Assembly (NCBI GenBank): GCA_051294375.1 | Contig: CM119266.1 | Location: forward strand, 21,767,875 to 21,831,874 | Reading direction: 5' to 3' | DNA length: 64,000 bases | Origin: Paraspadella gotoi | Lineage: Eukaryota > Animalia > Chaetognatha | Part shown: piece by piece, positions 61,057-64,000 of the stretch | How the letters are laid out: each line of letters opens with the position of its first letter | Position numbering within the stretch: position 1 is the stretch's first letter | Made by a program: the position numbers and the translations under genes | Notes under the pieces: model-generated | What the model was told of the DNA's origin: nothing | Database searches by the model: none | Seen by the model: the letters and a program-made list of their open reading frames with translations, nothing else

Positions 61057-63496
61057 ATGGTAAAGGTTAAACGCGTTGTTCATTTGGAAGACAAAAACGT
61101 CGGTGACGAAGAGATCGAGTGCATCGTGGGCGACGTCAAAAAGACGACCGTCTCCAAAATGAAGGGATCGGCGGACGCGGACGCAACGGAGGAGCGAAGG
61201 TCGACGAGAAAGATAAAGAAGAAGCGTCACAAGTACGAAGAGTTGGACGAAGACGACGACGATTTTGACTTCGGCCTCTCGAGCGGCACCGACGACGTCA
61301 GCCGTTCCGTCACGCCCGTTCGGGGTCTCAAGGCGGCCAAAAAATCTTCCGTCAAAAAAGGTGGGCAAAAAAGTTAAAAAGTTATTTCCCTAATTTTTAG
61401 TATTTTTAGTATCTTTAGTTTTATTGCTAAATATATTCCAGAAAATTTCGTGGATCGAAAAATCTTTTGCGAAGATCGTCATTCGTCGCCGCCGTCGATG
61501 AAGGAGAATTCGAATTTAAGATCGATTCGAGCGACATTCCAAATAAAAGGCCTCGGCTGGGAAGAAGTCGACGTAAGTTTTTCGCCCGCCTAATTACCAG
61601 GTCCTTCAATTTGCTGATATGGATTTTTAAACTTTTTTTTTTCATTTAGCCTCGACGCCGAATCCTCCGAATGAGAATTTCACTCGGAGTCGAACGAAGC
61701 AAGAAACTCCCGTCGAGGCAGAAACGGACGCCACGAACATGGATCCTCCGGTCGTCGAAACTCCGCCCGTGCCCAAGGAGACAATCGTATTTAAGGCGAA
61801 TGCCTCGAATCCGTCGGGATTTCAGACTTTTCTCGAATTCTTGCTCCGAGTTTTGAGAAGAAAAGATTCTAACGGTCTTTTCGCTCATCCGCCGACAGGT
61901 GATTGTTAAGGCATCATCGTCGTCGTCGCGGCCGTCATCGAATACGAGACATAATAAAACTTCTTTCTCTTTCTCACGACAGAAACCCTTTGTCCCGGAT
62001 ACTTCTCCGTCATTGAAGTTCCCATGGATTTGGACCTGATACAACAGAAATGGGATCATGGTCTCTACGTCGACCTTCCGACATTCCGCGCCGACCTCAC
62101 CCTCCTCTTCGACAACGCCATCAAGTATTTCGACCCGGCGACGATGGTTTACCACACCGCGCGCCGTCTCCGCCACTTTGTCAAGAAGATAACCGGTCGG
62201 GATAAGTTGTTGGAGATGAAGCTGCGATTTCCTTCGCTGCTGGCGGGAATCGGGATCGAAGAGCTTGGACTCGACGAGGCAGAGTTGACGGAGAACTGCA
62301 GTGCGGCTCGAGACGACGAGGGAAATCTCGTGGTCGAAGTTGCCGAACCTACGGATCACGACGAAGACATGAGGATCGAATGGGTTCGGACGGAACTCGG
62401 TGATCGGGCGGGCGGAAAAAACTTCGGCGTCATCAAGAAAACCGCCGCCGAGAAGCCTTCGGCTCGAAAACCCTTAAGCGATAACGTCTCCACCCAAGAG
62501 GTGTTGACCACATGGATGAGCCAGGTCGGCGGCGCGGGTCGCAAAGCGACGCCAATGACAAAGAAGCCCAACCCAATGCTGTCACGTCAGAGCGAAAACG
62601 GATTAACGACGCTCTCCATTCTGAACCCCGACAACGCGGCTGTTGCGGTCGATGCCAATGGCGAAGCTGTTTATCGGCCGGACGCATCCGAAGCCAACGC
62701 CGCTGTTTCGCTGAAGCAGACGCTGGGTCGGGTGGCCGTGGGTTCCGGAGGCGTGGCCACTTACAAAGAAGATCGCCGCAACTCTGTCAAGCCGATTAAG
62801 TACATCGAACGGACGGCGTTTTGCTCCTTCGGTCCCACCTACGATTCCCGCTTCTCCAATCTATCCAAATCCGATTCCGATGATCTCATTTCCGCCTTTC
62901 ACGAAGAGTCTGACTTTCGCTTCGCTGACGAAATAAAATCCGCCATCCGTCAGGCGAGTGACTATGAAATCCACGCCGTCGACGGGCTGCTTGACGTCAT
63001 CACCGGGGGAAAGCATTCCGAGCAACAAAACGTCGTGGACAGTATTAAAGCCTTCGAAGAGGCCGAGGAGACGATGAGGAAAATGGCGGAGGCTTCGGGG
63101 TCGCGAGTGGACGATGATGAAATCATGGAAGTCGAGCAAGCTTCGTCGTCGAACTCGCTAAGCGTATTGCTCGATGACAACGCCTCCAACCTCTTGACGC
63201 TTCGGAACATTCAAAAAGCCCGTCTCAGCCGAGCGCCTCCCCAGCATCTGGCACTACTTAAGGGTCCCCCGGAGGAAGAGTTCGAACTCGCGGACAAAAT
63301 CACTTCTGGACTCTCCTCATTAACCAAAATGTCGGCTCCTCAAGATCTCGTATCGAGTAAGGTTATCCTTGCCGCTTTGGGAGTAGATCTCCTTAAGCAC
63401 GTTAAGAATCCGATGGAAGTCCCGACACAACCTTTCGCCAAAGAGGACGTTCCCCAAAACGTGTTCTCTCGAACCTTCGGGTCTTTTTTGTCCTGA
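61057..63496 (+). CDS. Bromodomain protein of the BRD7/BRD9 family; multi-exon
   Basis: Basic/acidic N-terminus (KKKRHK). Bromodomain RKDSNGLFAHP..PGYFSVIEVPMDL. DUF3512-like YKEDRRNSVKPIKY..FCSFGPTYDSRFSNLSK and LRNIQKARLS..PQDLVS. BRD7 versus BRD9 is not resolvable. Confidence 0.88.
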
Positions 63497-63648
63497 AACT
63501 GAGCTAGAAGTTATGCATCTTAATAAAATACAGTTTTATAATTTAGCTTATTCCTTCATATGATAATTTTATTTCTTAACAAGTTTTTCTTGATCGATTT
63601 TTTGAACTGCAAACTAGTACATCCATCACCGTTGAGGATTTTAAAATC

Positions 63649-63972
63649 ATGAATCGCCTGCTTGTGATTTTACTCTCTCTCTCTGCGCTCGCTCTGAGCG
63701 ACATCGCCGAAGAGGAAGGGGTTTTAGTTTTAACCACCGCCAACTTTGATGACGCTCTTAACGATAATCAATACATTCTAGGTAATTCTAAAAGCTCCTT
63801 TTAATTCGTCTGTTCTTAAACGCGTGGTCCTATACTCTAACACAAACATGTTTGTTTTGATTTAGTCGAATTTTATGCTCCTTGGTGTGGACATTGCAAA
63901 GCGCTTGCTCCCGAATACGCTAGCGCCGCCACTCAGTTAAAAGATGCAGGGTCAGATGTTAAACTTGCAAAG
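63649..63972 (+). CDS. P4HB: Protein disulfide-isomerase, 5' part (continues beyond the window)
   Basis: Signal peptide, [45 protein letters not shown]; exons 63649-63781 and 63866-63972. Confidence 0.85.
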
Positions 63973-64000
63973 GTATTTGTTAGAATGGAATACGTATTGG

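Noticed and set aside
61646-62359. Long antisense ORFs opposite BRD7/9 (and similar ones opposite the Ig gene, WRAP53 and SLC3)
   Set aside because: Shadow frames of GC-rich coding sequence with no recognisable motifs.

Overview
Gene-dense, intron-containing DNA from a compact animal (invertebrate-like) genome; the taxon cannot be fixed from the sequence. Bases 1-12870 are an indel-riddled copy of about 13550-24540 ending at a 25-N gap, most likely an unpolished long-read gap-fill artefact. The clean part holds 14 consecutive plus-strand genes: an Ig-domain membrane protein, WRAP53, HMGCR, SNRK, TRIM37, eRF1, a C2H2 zinc-finger gene, an SLC3 heavy chain, LSM8, REXO5, VPS11, CAPZA, BRD7/9 and the 5' part of PDI. 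A QPCTL-like gene is nested antisense in an SNRK intron. Best leads: (1) two intronic, sense-oriented elements made of a tRNA-like head followed by a circularly permuted (P5-type) twister ribozyme fold, with compensatory pseudoknot changes; (2) operon-like spacing with orphan splice acceptors, suggesting SL trans-splicing; (3) a BRD7/9 bromodomain lacking the acetyl-lysine Asn; (4) many GC-AG introns and AAG acceptors; (5) an unexplained same-strand coding unit inside SNRK; (6) an NPF-bearing VPS11 tail; (7) foldback elements sharing a core. All gene models and RNA folds were made by eye.
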